NCBI GenBank assembly: GCA_040081625.1 | Contig: JBEBGD010000001.1 | Location: 1 to 64,000, forward strand | DNA: 64,000 nt | Source of the DNA: Chthoniobacteraceae bacterium | GTDB lineage: Bacteria > Verrucomicrobiota > Verrucomicrobiia > Chthoniobacterales > Chthoniobacteraceae | Direction: 5' to 3' | Part shown: piece after piece, positions 1 through 12,100 of the stretch | Numbering within the stretch: the stretch's first letter is position 1 | Layout: each line of letters starts with the position of its first letter | Translations under genes and position numbers: made by a program | The notes under the pieces: model-generated | What the model was told of the DNA's origin: nothing | Databases searched by the model: none | Seen by the model: the letters and a program-made list of their open reading frames with translations, nothing else

Positions 1-3000
1 CAGCGTGCTGACCGGTGTGCCCGACGGCAACGACGACCGCGATTACGGCGCAACGGGAGCAGACGAAGTCTTCAACCTCGACACGCAGGACGCGCAGGAT
101 ACCGAGCGGTTCACGGTCAACGCGAGCTCGATCAGCGGCTTCGTTTATCACGACGCGGATGCGAGCGGTGGCTTCAACGTCGGCGACAACGCACTCGTCG
201 GCGAGACCGTGTCGCTCACCGGCACGACGATTTTTGGAGAAGCCATTACGCGCTTCGCGACGAGCGTCGCGGGTGGTGTGTATTCGTTTAGCAATGTCGC
301 GCCCGGCACCTACACGCTCACCGAGACTCAGCCTGCGGGTTACGTCGATGCGGCGGAGACGGTGGGCACGCTGTTCGGCGGCGCGGTCAGCAATGCGCTC
401 GGGAGCAATACGATCTCCGGGCTCACGATCCCGGCCGGCAACAACAGCGGCACCGACTACAACTTCGGCGAAGTGCTCGCGTCGTCGCTCAGCGGCTTCG
501 TGTATTCCGACCTGAACAACGACGGCATCGTGCAAGGCGGCGAGACGCTGCTCGACGGTGTGAACGTGCAGATCACCGGCACGGATTTCCTGGGCCAGGC
601 GTTCTCGACTTCCACGACGACCGTGGGCGGCGCCTACAGCGCGGTGAATCTGCGGCCCGGCACCTATACGATCACCGAGACGCAGCCGGGCGGATTCTTC
701 GACGGGCGGGAAACCGTCGGTTCGCAGGCGAGCGGCATCGTGAACAACGCGATCGACAGCAACACGATCTCGACCATCGCGCTCGCACAAAACGTGAACG
801 GTGCGGGCAACAACTTCGGGGAACTCGCGCAGGCTTCGCTCAGCGGCATCGTCTTCGACGACCGCGATAACGACGGCAACGTGGATCCCGGCGAGAGCGG
901 CATTGGCGGCGCGACGATCTCGCTGAGCGGCACGGACGACCGCGGCAATCCGGTGAGCGTGACGCTGGCGACGCAGCCGGACGGCACTTACAATTTCCCG
1001 GCCCTGCGGCCCGGCACTTACACGATCACCGAGACTCAGCCGGCGGGTTTCCTCGATGGCCTCGATGTCGCGGGCACGCTCGGCGGCAGCGTGGCGGTGA
1101 ATGACGTGATCAGCGGCATCGTGCTCGGCGCAGGGCAGGACGGGACGAACAATCGCTTCGGCGAACTGACGCCTTCGTCGCTCAGCGGCGTGGTCTTTAG
1201 CGACACGAACAATGACGGCACGCAGCAAGTCGGCGAGGCCGGGCTTGCCGGCGTCGTGGTGACGCTCACCGGCACGGACGATCTCGGCAATCTGATCAAC
1301 ACGCCGGGGACGACCCTGGCTGGTGGTGGATTCAGCTTCGGCAATCTGCGGCCGGGTAGCTACACGATCACCGAGACGCAGCCGGCGGGCTTGCTCGACG
1401 GCATCGACACGGCCGGCACGCTCGGCGGCAGCACGGCGGTGAATGACGTGATCAGCGGGATCGTGGTCGCGCCCGCGCAGAACGGGACGGGCAATACGTT
1501 TGGCGAACTGCCGGGCATTTCGCTGAGCGGCAATGTGTTCATCGACGCGGACAACGACGGCGTCTTCGACCTCGGCGAGACCGGGCAGGTCGGCGTGACG
1601 ATCACGCTGACGGGCACGGACGATATCGGCAACGCGGTGAGCCTCTCGACGATGACGCTCGCGGATGGAAGCTACAGCTTCCTCGGCCTGCGCCCGAGCA
1701 ATGCGGCGGGCTACACCGTGACGGAGACGCAGCCGGCGGGTCTGCTCGACGGCAGGGACACGGTCGGCAATCTCGGCGGCAGCGCGGCGATCAATGACGT
1801 GATCAGCGGTGTCGTGCTCGGCGCGGGCGCGACGGCGACCGACTACAACTTCGGTGAATTGCGCGCGGCGAGCCTGGCTGGATTGGTCTTCGACGATCGC
1901 GACAACGACGGCGTGCAGGACATCGGCGAGAACGGGATCGGCGGCGTGAGCATCACGCTCTCGGGGACCGACGATCTCGGAAGCGCTGTGAGCACGACGC
2001 TCGGGACGCAACCGGACGGGAGCTACAGTTTCATCGGCCTGCGTCCGGGCACTTACACGATCACGGAGACGACGCCCGCGGGCTTCCTCGACGGGATCGA
2101 CACGATCGGCACGCCGGGCGGGACGACGGCGAACGATGTGTTCAGCAACATCGTGCTGACCGAAGGCACGATCGGCACGGCGAACAACTTCGCGGAGCTG
2201 ACGGCGGCGACGCTGAGCGGCAATGTCTTCAACGATACGAATAACGACGGTGTGCGCGACTTGGGTGAGGCCGGGATCATCACGAACGTGACGCTGACGG
2301 GCACAAACGATCTCGGCAACGCGGTCAGTCTCACGATCCCGACGGCAGCGGATGGCACCTACAGCTTCGGCACGCTGCGGCCCGGCACCTACACGGTGAG
2401 CGAGACGCAGCCCGCGGGCTTCCTCGACGGACGCGACACGGCGGGTTCGCTCGGCGGCACGCTCGCGAACGACAACGTGAGCGCGATCACGGTGAACGCT
2501 GCGGACGCAGGAACCGACTACAACTTCGGCGAACTGCGCGCGGCAAGTTTGAGCGGGTTCGTATTCGACGACCGGAACAACGACGGCGTGCAAGGCGTCG
2601 GCGAGAATGGGATCGGCGGCGTGAGCATCATGCTGAGCGGCACGAACGATCTGGGCAACCCCGTGAGCGTGACGCTGACGACGCAACCGGATGGTAGCTA
2701 CAGCTTCATCGGCCTGCGTCCGGGCACTTACACGATCACGGAGACGACGCCCGCGGGCTTCCTCGACGGGATCGACACGATCGGCACGCCTGGCGGGACG
2801 ACGGCGAACGACGTGTTCAGCAACATCGTGCTGACCGAAGGCACGGATGGCACAGCGAATAACTTCGCGGAGCTGACGGCGGCGACGCTGAGCGGCAATG
2901 TCTTCAACGATACGAACAACGACGGTGTGCGTGATCCGGGCGAGACCGGCATCCTCGGCGTGACGATCACTCTGACGGGCACGGACGATTTGGGCAATCC

Positions 3001-5842
3001 GGTCAACCTGACGACGATGACGCTGGCGAATGGCACCTACAGCTTTGGCACGCTGCGGCCCGGCACCTACACGGTGAGCGAGGCGCAGCCTGCGGGCTTC
3101 TTCGATGGCGTGGACGCGGTCGGTTCGCTCGGCGGCACGCTCGCGAATGACAGCGTGAGCGCGATCACGGTGACGCCTGCGGACAGCGGCACCGACTACA
3201 ACTTCGGCGAGCTACGCGCGTCGAGCCTGAGCGGGTTCGTCTTTGACGATCGCAACAACGACGGCCTGCAAGGCGTCGGCGAGAATGGGATCGGCGGCGT
3301 GACGATCATGCTGACGGGGATCGACGATCTCGCCGTCGCGGTGAGCCTCACGCTGACGACGCAACCGGACGGAAGCTACAGCTTCATCGGACTGCGGCCC
3401 GGCACTTACTCGATCGCCGAGACGACGCCCGCGGGCTTCCTCGACGGGACGGACACGATCGGGACACTCGGCGGCACGTCGGCGAATGATTTGTTCAGCA
3501 ACATCGTGCTGCCCGCGGCGACCGATGGAACCGCGAACAACTTCGCGGAGCTGACGCCTGCGACGTTGAACGGCAATGTCTTCATCGACGCGGACAATGA
3601 CGGCGTGCGTGACGCTGGCGAGGCGGGCATCCTCGGCGTGACGATCACGCTGAGCGGCACGGACGACCTCGGCAACGCGGTGAGCACGACGACGATGACG
3701 CTGGCGGATGGAACCTACAGCTTCGGCACGCTGCGACCCGGCACCTACACGGTGAGCGAGACGCAACCGGCGGGCCTCCTCGACGGACGGGACACCGCGG
3801 GATCGCTCGGCGGCACCGTCGGTGCGGACAGCATCGGCGCGATCACGCTGAACGCGGCGAACGCGGGCACGAACTACAACTTCGGTGAACTGCGCGCCGG
3901 CACCTTGAGCGGCACGGTCTTCCAGGACACCTCGAATAACGGCACGCAGGAAGTCGGCGAGCCAGGCCTCGGTGGCGTGACGATCACACTCACTGGCACC
4001 GACGATCTCGGCGCTCCGGTCAGCGTCACGATGACGAGCAGCGTCGTCGATGGGAGCTACACGTTCCCCGGTCTGCGGCCCGGCAACTACACGATCACTG
4101 AGACGCAGCCCGCGGGATTCCTCGACGGTCGCGACACGGTCGGCACCGCGGGCGGGACGCTCGCGAACGATGTGATCTCCACGATCACGCTCGCGGAAAA
4201 CCAAGTCGGCAGCGGCTACAACTTCGGCGAAATCCTCGCGTCCACATTGTCGGGCCGCGTGTTCTCCGATCTGAATAACAACGGCGTCATCGACCTCGGC
4301 GAGGGTGGCATCAGCGGCGTGAGCGTGACGCTCAGCGGCACGAATGATCTCGGCCAGCCGGTGAGCCTCACCGCGCCGACCGACATCAATGGCGACTACA
4401 CCTTCCTCGGCCTGCGCCCCGGAAACTATTCGGTGACCGAGACGCAGCCCGCTGGATTCCTCGATGGCAGAAACACGGTCGGCACAGGCGCCGGCGGCAC
4501 GACGGTGAACAATCCGCCGACCGACGTGATCTCCGGCCTCGTGCTGCCGACCGGCACGATGGCGACCGGCTACAACTTCGGCGAACTCGCCCCGGCGAGC
4601 ATTTCCGGCAATGTGTATCAGGACTTCAACGACGACGGTCTGCGCGGCCCGGGCGAGGGGCGTATCAACGGCGCGATCGTGCGGCTTAGCGGCACGAATG
4701 ATCTCGGCCAGGTGGTGAATCTCACACTGACGACGACGGCCGATGGCAGCTTCAACTTCGGCAATCTGCGCCCCGGCAGTTACTCGCTCATCGAGACGCA
4801 GCCTGCCGGATTCCTCGATGGCAAGGACACGGTCGGCACCGCGGGGGGAACGCAGACGAACGATCGGTTTAGCAATATCGCTGTCAGCGCCGGGCAATCG
4901 GGCAGCAGCTATCTCTTCGGCGAGCGCGTGGCGAACGTGCCGACAACGCCCGATCTTTACGTCCTCAAGACCGACAACCTCACGACAGTGCGGCCCGGCT
5001 CGCGCCTGACATACGTGATCACCGGCGGCAACGCGGGCGATGCGACGGCGAGTGGCGTGATTCTCAGCGATATGCTTCCGAATGGAGTGCGCTTCGTTTC
5101 CGCGTCGAGCGGCGGCGTCCTCAGCGGTGGAAAGGTCACATGGAATCTCGGCGATATCGCGGCGGGCGGCACGTTCCGCGTGACGGTGACGGTCGTCGTC
5201 GAGCAGCAAGTCGGGGGCAGGGACTTGATCAATACAGTCACCGTAAAGGATCGCTTCGGATCGCCGAACGACCCGACGCCGAAGAACAATCGTGCGGAGG
5301 ACCGCACGCTCGTCGAGGCGTTCGCGTTCGACTCGTTCAACAACTTCTCGCGCGATCGGTTCAATGTGCCGGGGCTCATGGAACCGGAACGCAGCATCGA
5401 CGTGTGGCGCCAGCCGCCGATCACGCCGGCGCCGGTCTATTCCGGCGAGGCCGACCCCGGCGCGACGCTTTCGATCGAGCTGTTCAGCGCGAATGGAGAT
5501 CGCATCGGCTCGCAGTCGGTCGTCGTCGATTCCGGCGGCAACTGGATCGTGTCGTTCCCGAGTTCGATCATGCGGGACTATCCGGCGAGCGTGCGGATCA
5601 CCGAACTGCGCGCGCCTTACACGGACGCCGGCGCGGCTGGCCGCAACCTGCGCAACTTCTTCGTCCCGGCGCTGCACGCCGGCCACTTCAGCTTCGGCGG
5701 CTACGACTCGACGGTGCTCGACCCGCGGGTCACTGCGCCGTTGCTCGGCGGGCTCGAACTCGGCAGTCCTTTCGCACTCGGCGAGGCGGCGAAATACAAC
5801 GTCGAGCTGCTGCCAAACACAGCGGCGCCGAACGGGCGGTAA
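1..5842 (+). CDS. Large surface protein (5'-truncated by window) with ~14 SdrD B-like repeats, a DUF11-like domain and an Ig-like C-terminal tail
   Basis: The frame is open from the window edge to TAA at 5840-5842. It has tandem ~113-aa units S.SG.VF.D.NNDG.Q..GE.G..GV.ITL.GTDDLG...T..DG.YSF..LRPGTYTITETQPAGFLDG.DT.G...NNFGE, then DLYVLKTDNLTTVRPGSRLTYVIT (DUF11-like). Confidence 0.88.
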   Translation, partial: SVLTGVPDGNDDRDYGATGADEVFNLDTQDAQDTERFTVNASSISGFVYHDADASGGFNVGDNALVGETVSLTGTTIFGEAITRFATSVAGGVYSFSNVAPGTYTLTETQPAGYVDAAETVGTLFGGAVSNALGSNTISGLTIPAGNNSGTDYNFGEVLASSLSGFVYSDLNNDGIVQGGETLLDGVNVQITGTDFLGQAFSTSTTTVGGAYSAVNLRPGTYTITETQPGGFFDGRETVGSQASGIVNNAIDSNTISTIALAQNVNGAGNNFGELAQASLSGIVFDDRDNDGNVDPGESGIGGATISLSGTDDRGNPVSVTLATQPDGTYNFPALRPGTYTITETQPAGFLDGLDVAGTLGGSVAVNDVISGIVLGAGQDGTNNRFGELTPSSLSGVVFSDTNNDGTQQVGEAGLAGVVVTLTGTDDLGNLINTPGTTLAGGGFSFGNLRPGSYTITETQPAGLLDGIDTAGTLGGSTAVNDVISGIVVAPAQNGTGNTFGELPGISLSGNVFIDADNDGVFDLGETGQVGVTITLTGTDDIGNAVSLSTMTLADGSYSFLGLRPSNAAGYTVTETQPAGLLDGRDTVGNLGGSAAINDVISGVVLGAGATATDYNFGELRAASLAGLVFDDRDNDGVQDIGENGIGGVSITLSGTDDLGSAVSTTLGTQPDGSYSFIGLRPGTYTITETTPAGFLDGIDTIGTPGGTTANDVFSNIVLTEGTIGTANNFAELTAATLSGNVFNDTNNDGVRDLGEAGIITNVTLTGTNDLGNAVSLTIPTAADGTYSFGTLRPGTYTVSETQPAGFLDGRDTAGSLGGTLANDNVSAITVNAADAGTDYNFGELRAASLSGFVFDDRNNDGVQGVGENGIGGVSIMLSGTNDLGNPVSVTLTTQPDGSYSFIGLRPGTYTITETTPAGFLDGIDTIGTPGGTTANDVFSNIVLTEGTDGTANNFAELTAATLSGNVFNDTNNDGVRDPGETGILGVTITLTGTDDLGNPVNLTTMTLANGTYSFGTLRPGTYTVSEAQPAGFFDGVDAVGSLGGTLANDSVSAITVTPADSGTDYNFGELRASSLSGFVFDDRNNDGLQGVGENGIGGVTIMLTGIDDLAVAVSLTLTTQPDGSYSFIGLRPGTYSIAETTPAGFLDGTDTIGTLGGTSANDLFSNIVLPAATDGTANNFAELTPATLNGNVFIDADNDGVRDAGEAGILGVTITLSGTDDLGNAVSTTTMTLADGTYSFGTLRPGTYTVSETQPAGLLDGRDTAGSLGGTVGADSIGAITLNAANAGTNYNFGELRAGTLSGTVFQDTSNNGTQEVGEPGLGGVTITLTGTDDLGAPVSVTMTSSVVDGSYTFPGLRPGNYTITETQPAGFLDGRDTVGTAGGTLANDVISTITLAENQVGSGYNFGEILASTLSGRVFSDLNNNGVIDLGEGGISGVSVTLSGTNDLGQPVSLTAPTDINGDYTFLGLRPGNYSVTETQPAGFLDGRNTVGTGAGGTTVNNPPTDVISGLVLPTGTMATGYNFGELAPASISGNVYQDFNDDGLRGPGEGRINGAIVRLSGTNDLGQVVNLTLTTTADGSFNFGNLRPGSYSLIETQPAGFLDGKDTVGTAGGTQTNDRFSNIAVSAGQSGSSYLFGERVANVPTTPDLYVLKTDNLTTVRPGSRLTYVITGGNAGDATASGVILSDMLPNGVRFVSASSGGVLSGGKVTWNLGDIAAGGTFRVTVTVVVEQQVGGRDLINTVTVKDRFGSPNDPTPKNNRAEDRTLVEAFAFDSFNNFSRDRFNVPGLMEPERSIDVWRQPPITPAPVYSGEADPGATLSIELFSANGDRIGSQSVVVDSGGNWIVSFPSSIMRDYPASVRITELRAPYTDAGAAGRNLRNFFVPALHAGHFSFGGYDSTVLDPRVTAPLLGGLELGSPFALGEAAKYNVELLPNTAAPNGR
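125..4930 (+). repeat. Intragenic tandem array of ~14 x ~340-bp SdrD-B-like units
   Basis: Unit starts at about 125, 482, 833, 1175, 1517, 1868, 2207, 2543, 2882, 3221, 3560, 3899, 4241 and 4595. Positions 2030-2115 are identical to 2705-2790. Confidence 0.9.
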
Positions 5843-5860
5843 GATGCGTCGGTAGGCGAT

Positions 5861-5887
5861 GGGATGCGCGGCGGAACCGCGCATTCC
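5861..5887 (+). terminator. GC-rich hairpin after the SdrD-repeat gene (possible terminator or mRNA-stabilising stem)
   Basis: GGGATGCGCGG-CGGAA-CCGCGCATTCC, an 11-bp stem with one G-U pair. No immediately adjacent U-tract. Confidence 0.35.
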
Positions 5888-6150
5888 CCGCAACGTTTTC
5901 GTGATGCGTGCCACGGGGTTTCCGTGTCATTGCGCCTGCGAGGTGAGCGCGATCCTGCGCGCGTGGAATTGACTGACGGGGCGCGCGAGCCGCCCCGGGG
6001 CGGGGCGGATTTCACGTAAAGAAATTCGTTACTCATCAAGCCCTTTGCGGGCTGACGCAGGTGCCTGCTCTTTTCGTCGCGCCCCATACGCCCGCGAGTT
6101 CGCAGGCGTGCATCACGAAACCCCTAGTTCCCCGCCAACAAACTCCCATT

Positions 6151-9100
6151 ATGAGCAAGCCCACTCGTCAGCTCCGCCAGAATCGTGCATCCCGCAGTCG
6201 CAGGCTTTCGCGCACGAAGCGCCGGATGTCCCGCGTCATCCTTTCAGCCGCGGTGGCGTTCTTTGTGCCGCAGGTCGTCAAGGGTGCGACGCTCATTTGG
6301 GACGCCGATGGCACCTCCGGCGCGCCGACCGGAGGAACGGGACTCTGGGATCAGACGGGGTCGAATCTTTGGGATCTCGCCGGGGTGATGCAGGCGTGGA
6401 GCAACGCGGCCAACCACATCGCGAGCTTTGGCGGGACGGCGGGAACGGTCACGCTCGGCGAACCGATCACGGCGGGCGGGTTGCTGTTCAACACGACGGA
6501 TTACACGATTGCGGGCAATACCTTGACGCTCGGTGTGCCGTCGGGGTCGCCTTCGCCGGTGATCGCGGTGGGTAACCGGCTCAACGCAACGATCAGTTCA
6601 TCGCTCGCGGGCGCGAATGGCCTGACGAAGGTGGGGAAAGGGACGCTCACCCTCGCGAGCGCGGGCAACACCTACACGGGAGACACGGTGATCAACGACG
6701 GAACGATCGTGATCACGAACGAGAACCAACTCGGCACGTCCACGACCACCATTTCCATCAACGGCATTGCCCAGACAGGCCAGCCCGGTTTCTCGGGCGG
6801 GCAGTTGACGGTGAATGGCGTTTCCCCGACCGGGCCCGTCACGATCACGCGCGAGATCGGCGTCAGCGGTCGCGGCCCGGGGGCGTTCAATGTCGGTGGC
6901 GGTTTGTTGAGCATCGGCAACAACGTCTTCAACGGCGACATCAACATCGGCGGGCCGGCGTCTGAGGCGCGTATTTCTGCAAGCCACGGTGTGACCACCA
7001 TCAATGGCGACATTTATCTCGGTGCGTCCGCTGGCAACGGCTTCTTTGGGAACGGCAACATCATCGTCAACGGACAGGTGTCCGGTTTCGATACGGGAAC
7101 AGATCGGTTTTTCAAGACGGGCAATATCGTCAGCAGCACGCTGTGGCTGCAAAACGCGGCCAACGACTTCCGGGAGACGCTGCGTATCGACAGCGGCACG
7201 GTGCGTGTGTCGGACAATGGCGCGCTCGGTGTGAGCACCACCTCGCGTGCGATCGACCTCAATAATGGCCGGTTGGAGATTCACACGGACGCGCCGAATT
7301 TCGACACGCGCAATGTTCATATCCGGGCGGTCACCGGGCTGATCTATGCGACCCGCCAGTTCGATGGCAACGGGCTCAACCAGACCGTCAATTTCGGCAA
7401 CCTGGAGTTGGAGAACGGCACCTTGCAGTTCGACAACCGCAATGGCTACGGCCTCCGGATTAATGCGCAGGATGGAGCTGGCGGCACCACGTCATGGAGT
7501 GGCGCTGGCAACGCGGCGTTCACAAACAATGCCGACGGCCGCCTCACCTTCGATGGCACGATCCGCAAGAGCGACGCCACGGCGCGAACGTTCACCGTGG
7601 GCGGCAATGGTAACACGATGATCACAGGCAGCTACCTGGGCGAGGGCGGCGGGGCGCACGTCCTGACCAAGAATAACAACGGCATCCTTTGGATACAGGG
7701 CACGGCCAGCACCTACACCGGCGCGACCAATGTGAACGCGGGCACGCTCTCGATCGGTTCTTTCGGGGCCATCAACAACAACGCCGTCGCGCTGAACTTC
7801 GGTGCAACCACCGTCACTGCTGCGCTGGAATACACCGGGGCTGCGGATACGCTGACGAAGCCCATCAGCCTGGCTGGCACGACGGGTGGCGCGAACATCC
7901 TGGCGAATGGAACCGGGGCGGTCACCATCAGCGCCGATTTCGGAGCTGGCGGCGGGGGCATCAAGACCCTCCTGCTCGGCGGCACGAACACGGATGCCAA
8001 CACGATCTCCGGCGTGATCCGGAACAACAGCGGCACGAACACGACTGCGCTGGCCAAGTTCCAATCCGGCACGTGGCTGCTCACCGGGGCCAATGGATCG
8101 AATGCCAATGGCTTCACCGGCGGGATCACGATCAGCGACGGCACGCTGCAGATTCAGGACACGGGCGGGGTCACCGATGTGCTCAAGAACGGGGGCTCCA
8201 TCACGTTCGGCGCGCACATTTACGACAACTCCGCGGGCGGCACCTTCGAGTATCTCGGCGACGGCGCGAACGCGAGCGCGGAGACCGTGGGGACACTCTC
8301 GGCTCTCGCAGGTGCGGGCACGGTGAAGGTCACGGCTGGAGCAGGAGGAACCGCGGCGCTGACCTTTTCGTCGCTCGGCGCCGTCTCGGCGGGCGGTGGG
8401 ATCGATTTCATCACCAACGCGGGCGGATCGGTCGTTCTCACCGCCGCGGGCGACACGAATGGCATCCTCAACGCGCATCTGTTCATCAACGGAGCGGACT
8501 TCGCGTCCGGCAGCGCGGTCACGGCGGCCACTTACACGTTGGCGGATACGGGTGCCAGCCTGACGGCGGGGAATACGACTCCTTATCTGGTCAACACGAT
8601 GGACATCGGGGCGCAGGCGACGGCCAGCATCAACGCGGGCATCAAGTTCAACGACACGCGCAATTTCACTCTCGCTAGCGGCGCGACGGTGACGCTGAAC
8701 AACGGCGGAGGCGCGGTCTCCGGCGGCATCCTCGTCACCGGCGGGAGCAGCGTGGTCATCAGCGGTGGCACTGGGATCACCTCCGGCGGGGCGGCTGATC
8801 TCGTGTTCCGCACGGACGGGCCGGGGGATTCGCTGACGCTGAATACGCCGATCGCCGCCACCACGACGGGCGGCTGGACGAAGCTGGGCGCGGGCGCATT
8901 GGTCATCGGTGCGGCCAATGCGAATACGACGGCCGGCGCGGTGAACATCAATGAAGGCACCGTGCAACTGGCCACGGGTGCGAAGCTCGGTGCTGACAGC
9001 ATCGACGTGAATCTGCGTCAGGGCGCGACGCTCGACTTGAACGGCGTGAACCTCGGCACGGTGGCGTCGGGCGTGGGGTCGCTGGATTTCCTGAACGGCG

Positions 9101-12100
9101 CGGGCATCATCACTAACAGCGCCGCGGCCACCGTCTCATCGATCCGGGTCGGCAATGCGAACACCAGCAGCCTCTTCACCGGCACGATCTCGGACGGTGC
9201 GGGGCAGGTCGCCCTCGTGAAGAACGGGTCGGGCAGCTTCCGGCTTCAGGGTGCCCAGAACTTCAGCGGCGGGGTGACGATCACCGGCGGCAACCTCTAC
9301 GTCACGTCGCTGGCGAACTACGGAGACCCGAGCGGAATCGGAACCGGCTTGGGCGTGTCCAACGCCGACAGCCTCGTATTCAATGGCGGTTCGCTGTTCT
9401 TCACGGGTTCGGATGGCACGTTCTATCAACCTACGGACACGCCTTCGGTGAGCATCAACCGCCTGTTCACGCTGGCTGGCAACGGGACGATCTACTCACA
9501 AGGGCGATTCGGCGGTCCCAATCGCGAAAACGTCGCGAGCGGTTCTTCGCTCGTCTTCAATAATCCGGGGGACGTGGCCTTCAGCGGCGCTGGCACGCGG
9601 GACCTGCAATTGCGTGGTGATTCCACCGGTGACAACGAGATGAACCTCCGCCTCACCAACAATCCGAACGCGAATGAGGCGCTCTCGCTTACCAAGCAGG
9701 ACGCCAGCCTCTGGATTCTGACCAACGCCGGAAACGACTACACGGGCAATACGACCATCATCAACGGCGTCCTCCGTGTCGGCGAAGACGTTCTCGCCGC
9801 CCGCACCATGCCCACGACCAGTGCGCTTGTGCTCGGTTCGACGACCGGGACCGGTGTCCTCCAGACCAAGGGTCTCTTCGATCGCCCGATTTCTCCCACC
9901 ACGACCCCCGTGGCGGGCAGCGTCACTTGGAACAGCAATCTCACGACCGGTGGCGGTGGTTTCGCCGCCTCGACGGCACCGCTCGTCGTCAATTTGGGCG
10001 GCGCCGGCGCGACGCTTCAATGGGGCGGAACCGATGGCTTCCTGCCGACCGGAACCGGAAACGGGGCGAGGCTCTTCCTGAGTTCCAACACTTCCTGGGC
10101 GGATGTTGATTTCCAGAACGGCATCGATCTGAATGGCGCGAAGCGCACGGTGCAGGTGGACGACAACGGGTTCACCGGTCTCGACTACGCCACGATCTCC
10201 GGCAACATCATCGACACCGGCGTTGGCGGCGCGCTCGACTTCACGGGCGGCGGCCCGCTGATCCTCACGGGTGCGAATAGCTACACGGGCGACACCCGGA
10301 TTCTGAGCAGCGGCACCTTGATCGTCTCGTCGATCGGCAATGCCACGGGCACGACGTCGAGCAGCATCGGCGCGAGCGGCGGCACGTTGCGCCTGACCGG
10401 CAACACCACCGTGCAGCTCGCGTATGTGGGTGCCGGGGAAACGGCGACGCGTCCGATCGTGATCGATGCCGCGCTCTCGGCGAGCCGCACGTTTCGCATC
10501 GATAGCGGTGGAAGTGGACCGCTCGTCCTGACCGACCTGACCAACAACAAGACCGGCGCCTTCCTGCTGCTCCTCGAACTGCGCGGCCAGAATACGGACG
10601 CCAACATGATCACCTCGGTGCTGGGCAATGGTCTTGCCGGTAGTGGCGCGACCGGGACGAGGGTAACGAAGACCGACGGCGGCACCTGGATCCTCAATCC
10701 CACTTCCGGTCCGAACACGTTCTCGGACGAGCTTGTCGCGGCGAGCGGTTCGCTGGGGTTGACCGCCGACGGCATCGGCAGCGCCTCGCTGCTCCGATTC
10801 AGCAACGCCTCGATCTTCGCCTTTGGCGGTCCCTTGGTCACCTCGGTGCCTGTCTTCGTGAACAACAACACGAACGCCGGATTCGTCGGGCCGAACAGCA
10901 TCACCCTGAATGGCGATTTCTCAAAGGTGGCCGGCGTGAACGACATCCCCGTGACCAACAGCATGGATTCGGGAGCGGTCCTGACCATCAATGGCAACTA
11001 CATCAATCTGCAGACCACTGCCGGCACCCGCTTGCTGCAAATGCGTGGCTTCGGCGACACGGTTTGGAATGGCCTGATCCAGGACAACAGCGCCACGTCG
11101 CTGACGAGGCTCGATATCCGGATCGGGGACAATGCCAACTTCACTCTCGGGGGAGACAACAAAGCCGCGGCGCTCGGGATGACGGGTGGATTGGTCCTCG
11201 GCCAGGGCACGCTCATCGTGAACCACGCGGGGGGTCTCGGCCCGGTTGCGAATATCGTGGATCTCAGCGGCGGCAGGTTCACCTCCGCGATCGAGCTGAG
11301 CGGCGCGAGCGCGATCCAGAACCTGGTGCGGCTGAGCGGCGACCAGGCGACCATCGCCGGCAGCCAGAACATCGAGCTGGCCGGCGCGGTGGCGTTGATG
11401 AACAGCGGCGCCAATCGGTTCCTGCTCAACGAACTCATCCCTGGGAAGACCCTCACCATTTCCGGTGCGCTAAGCCTATCGAATGATAACACCGGCCGCA
11501 CACTGACGGTCCGGGGATCGGGCGTGACGCAGATCACCGGCGTGGTGCAGAACGGCGGGACCGGGAATGGTGGCCTGGCCTTCTCTGGCATCGGTTCGCT
11601 TGAATTGACCAATGCGGCGACGGCGACCGGAGCGCTGACGGTCAATCGCGAACTCGTCATCCTCAGTGGCGCAAACGGCTCATGGAACAACGGCGGCTTC
11701 ACGCTCAACCCGACTGGCATCATCCGGCTCGACAATTCGGGCGGCAACAATGTCATGGGGCGGCTCAGCAACAGCAGCACTTTCACCGGTCAGGGCGGCA
11801 CGCTGGACATCATCGGTTTCACGGGCGGCAGCTCGCACTCGGCGGGAGCGCTCACGATCAACAGCGTCCAGACCTACATCACGGTGGATGACGACGACGG
11901 CACCGGGCCGGGGACGGCGCCGGTGGATTTGACGTTTGCGTCGCTGAACTTCACGAACTCGGGTTCGTCGCTGAACCTCATCGGCGTTCCGTCGCTCGGC
12001 ACCACGAACAAGGTGCTCGTCGGCACCTTCGCCGGGAGTGCCAACCCGGCGGTGGTCGGCGGCAATATCATGACCCGCGCCTTCATCGGCAACGACTTCG

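Noticed and set aside
125..4930. Regular direct repeats that might suggest a CRISPR array or a diversity-generating retroelement
   Set aside because: The repeats are in-frame protein domains. There are no unique spacers, cas genes, reverse transcriptase or adenine-specific variation.
5835..5861. ops/JUMPstart-like sequence GGCGGTAAGATGCGTCGGTAGGCG upstream of the 24-kb gene
   Set aside because: It mismatches GGCGGTAGnnTG, overlaps the upstream stop codon, is easily matched by chance in GC-rich DNA, and no NusG/RfaH paralogue is in the window.
6061..6150. Upstream GTG start given by the ORF track for the giant gene
   Set aside because: The added 30 residues look non-coding. ATG 6151 follows an A/C-rich leader and gives a coherent signal peptide.
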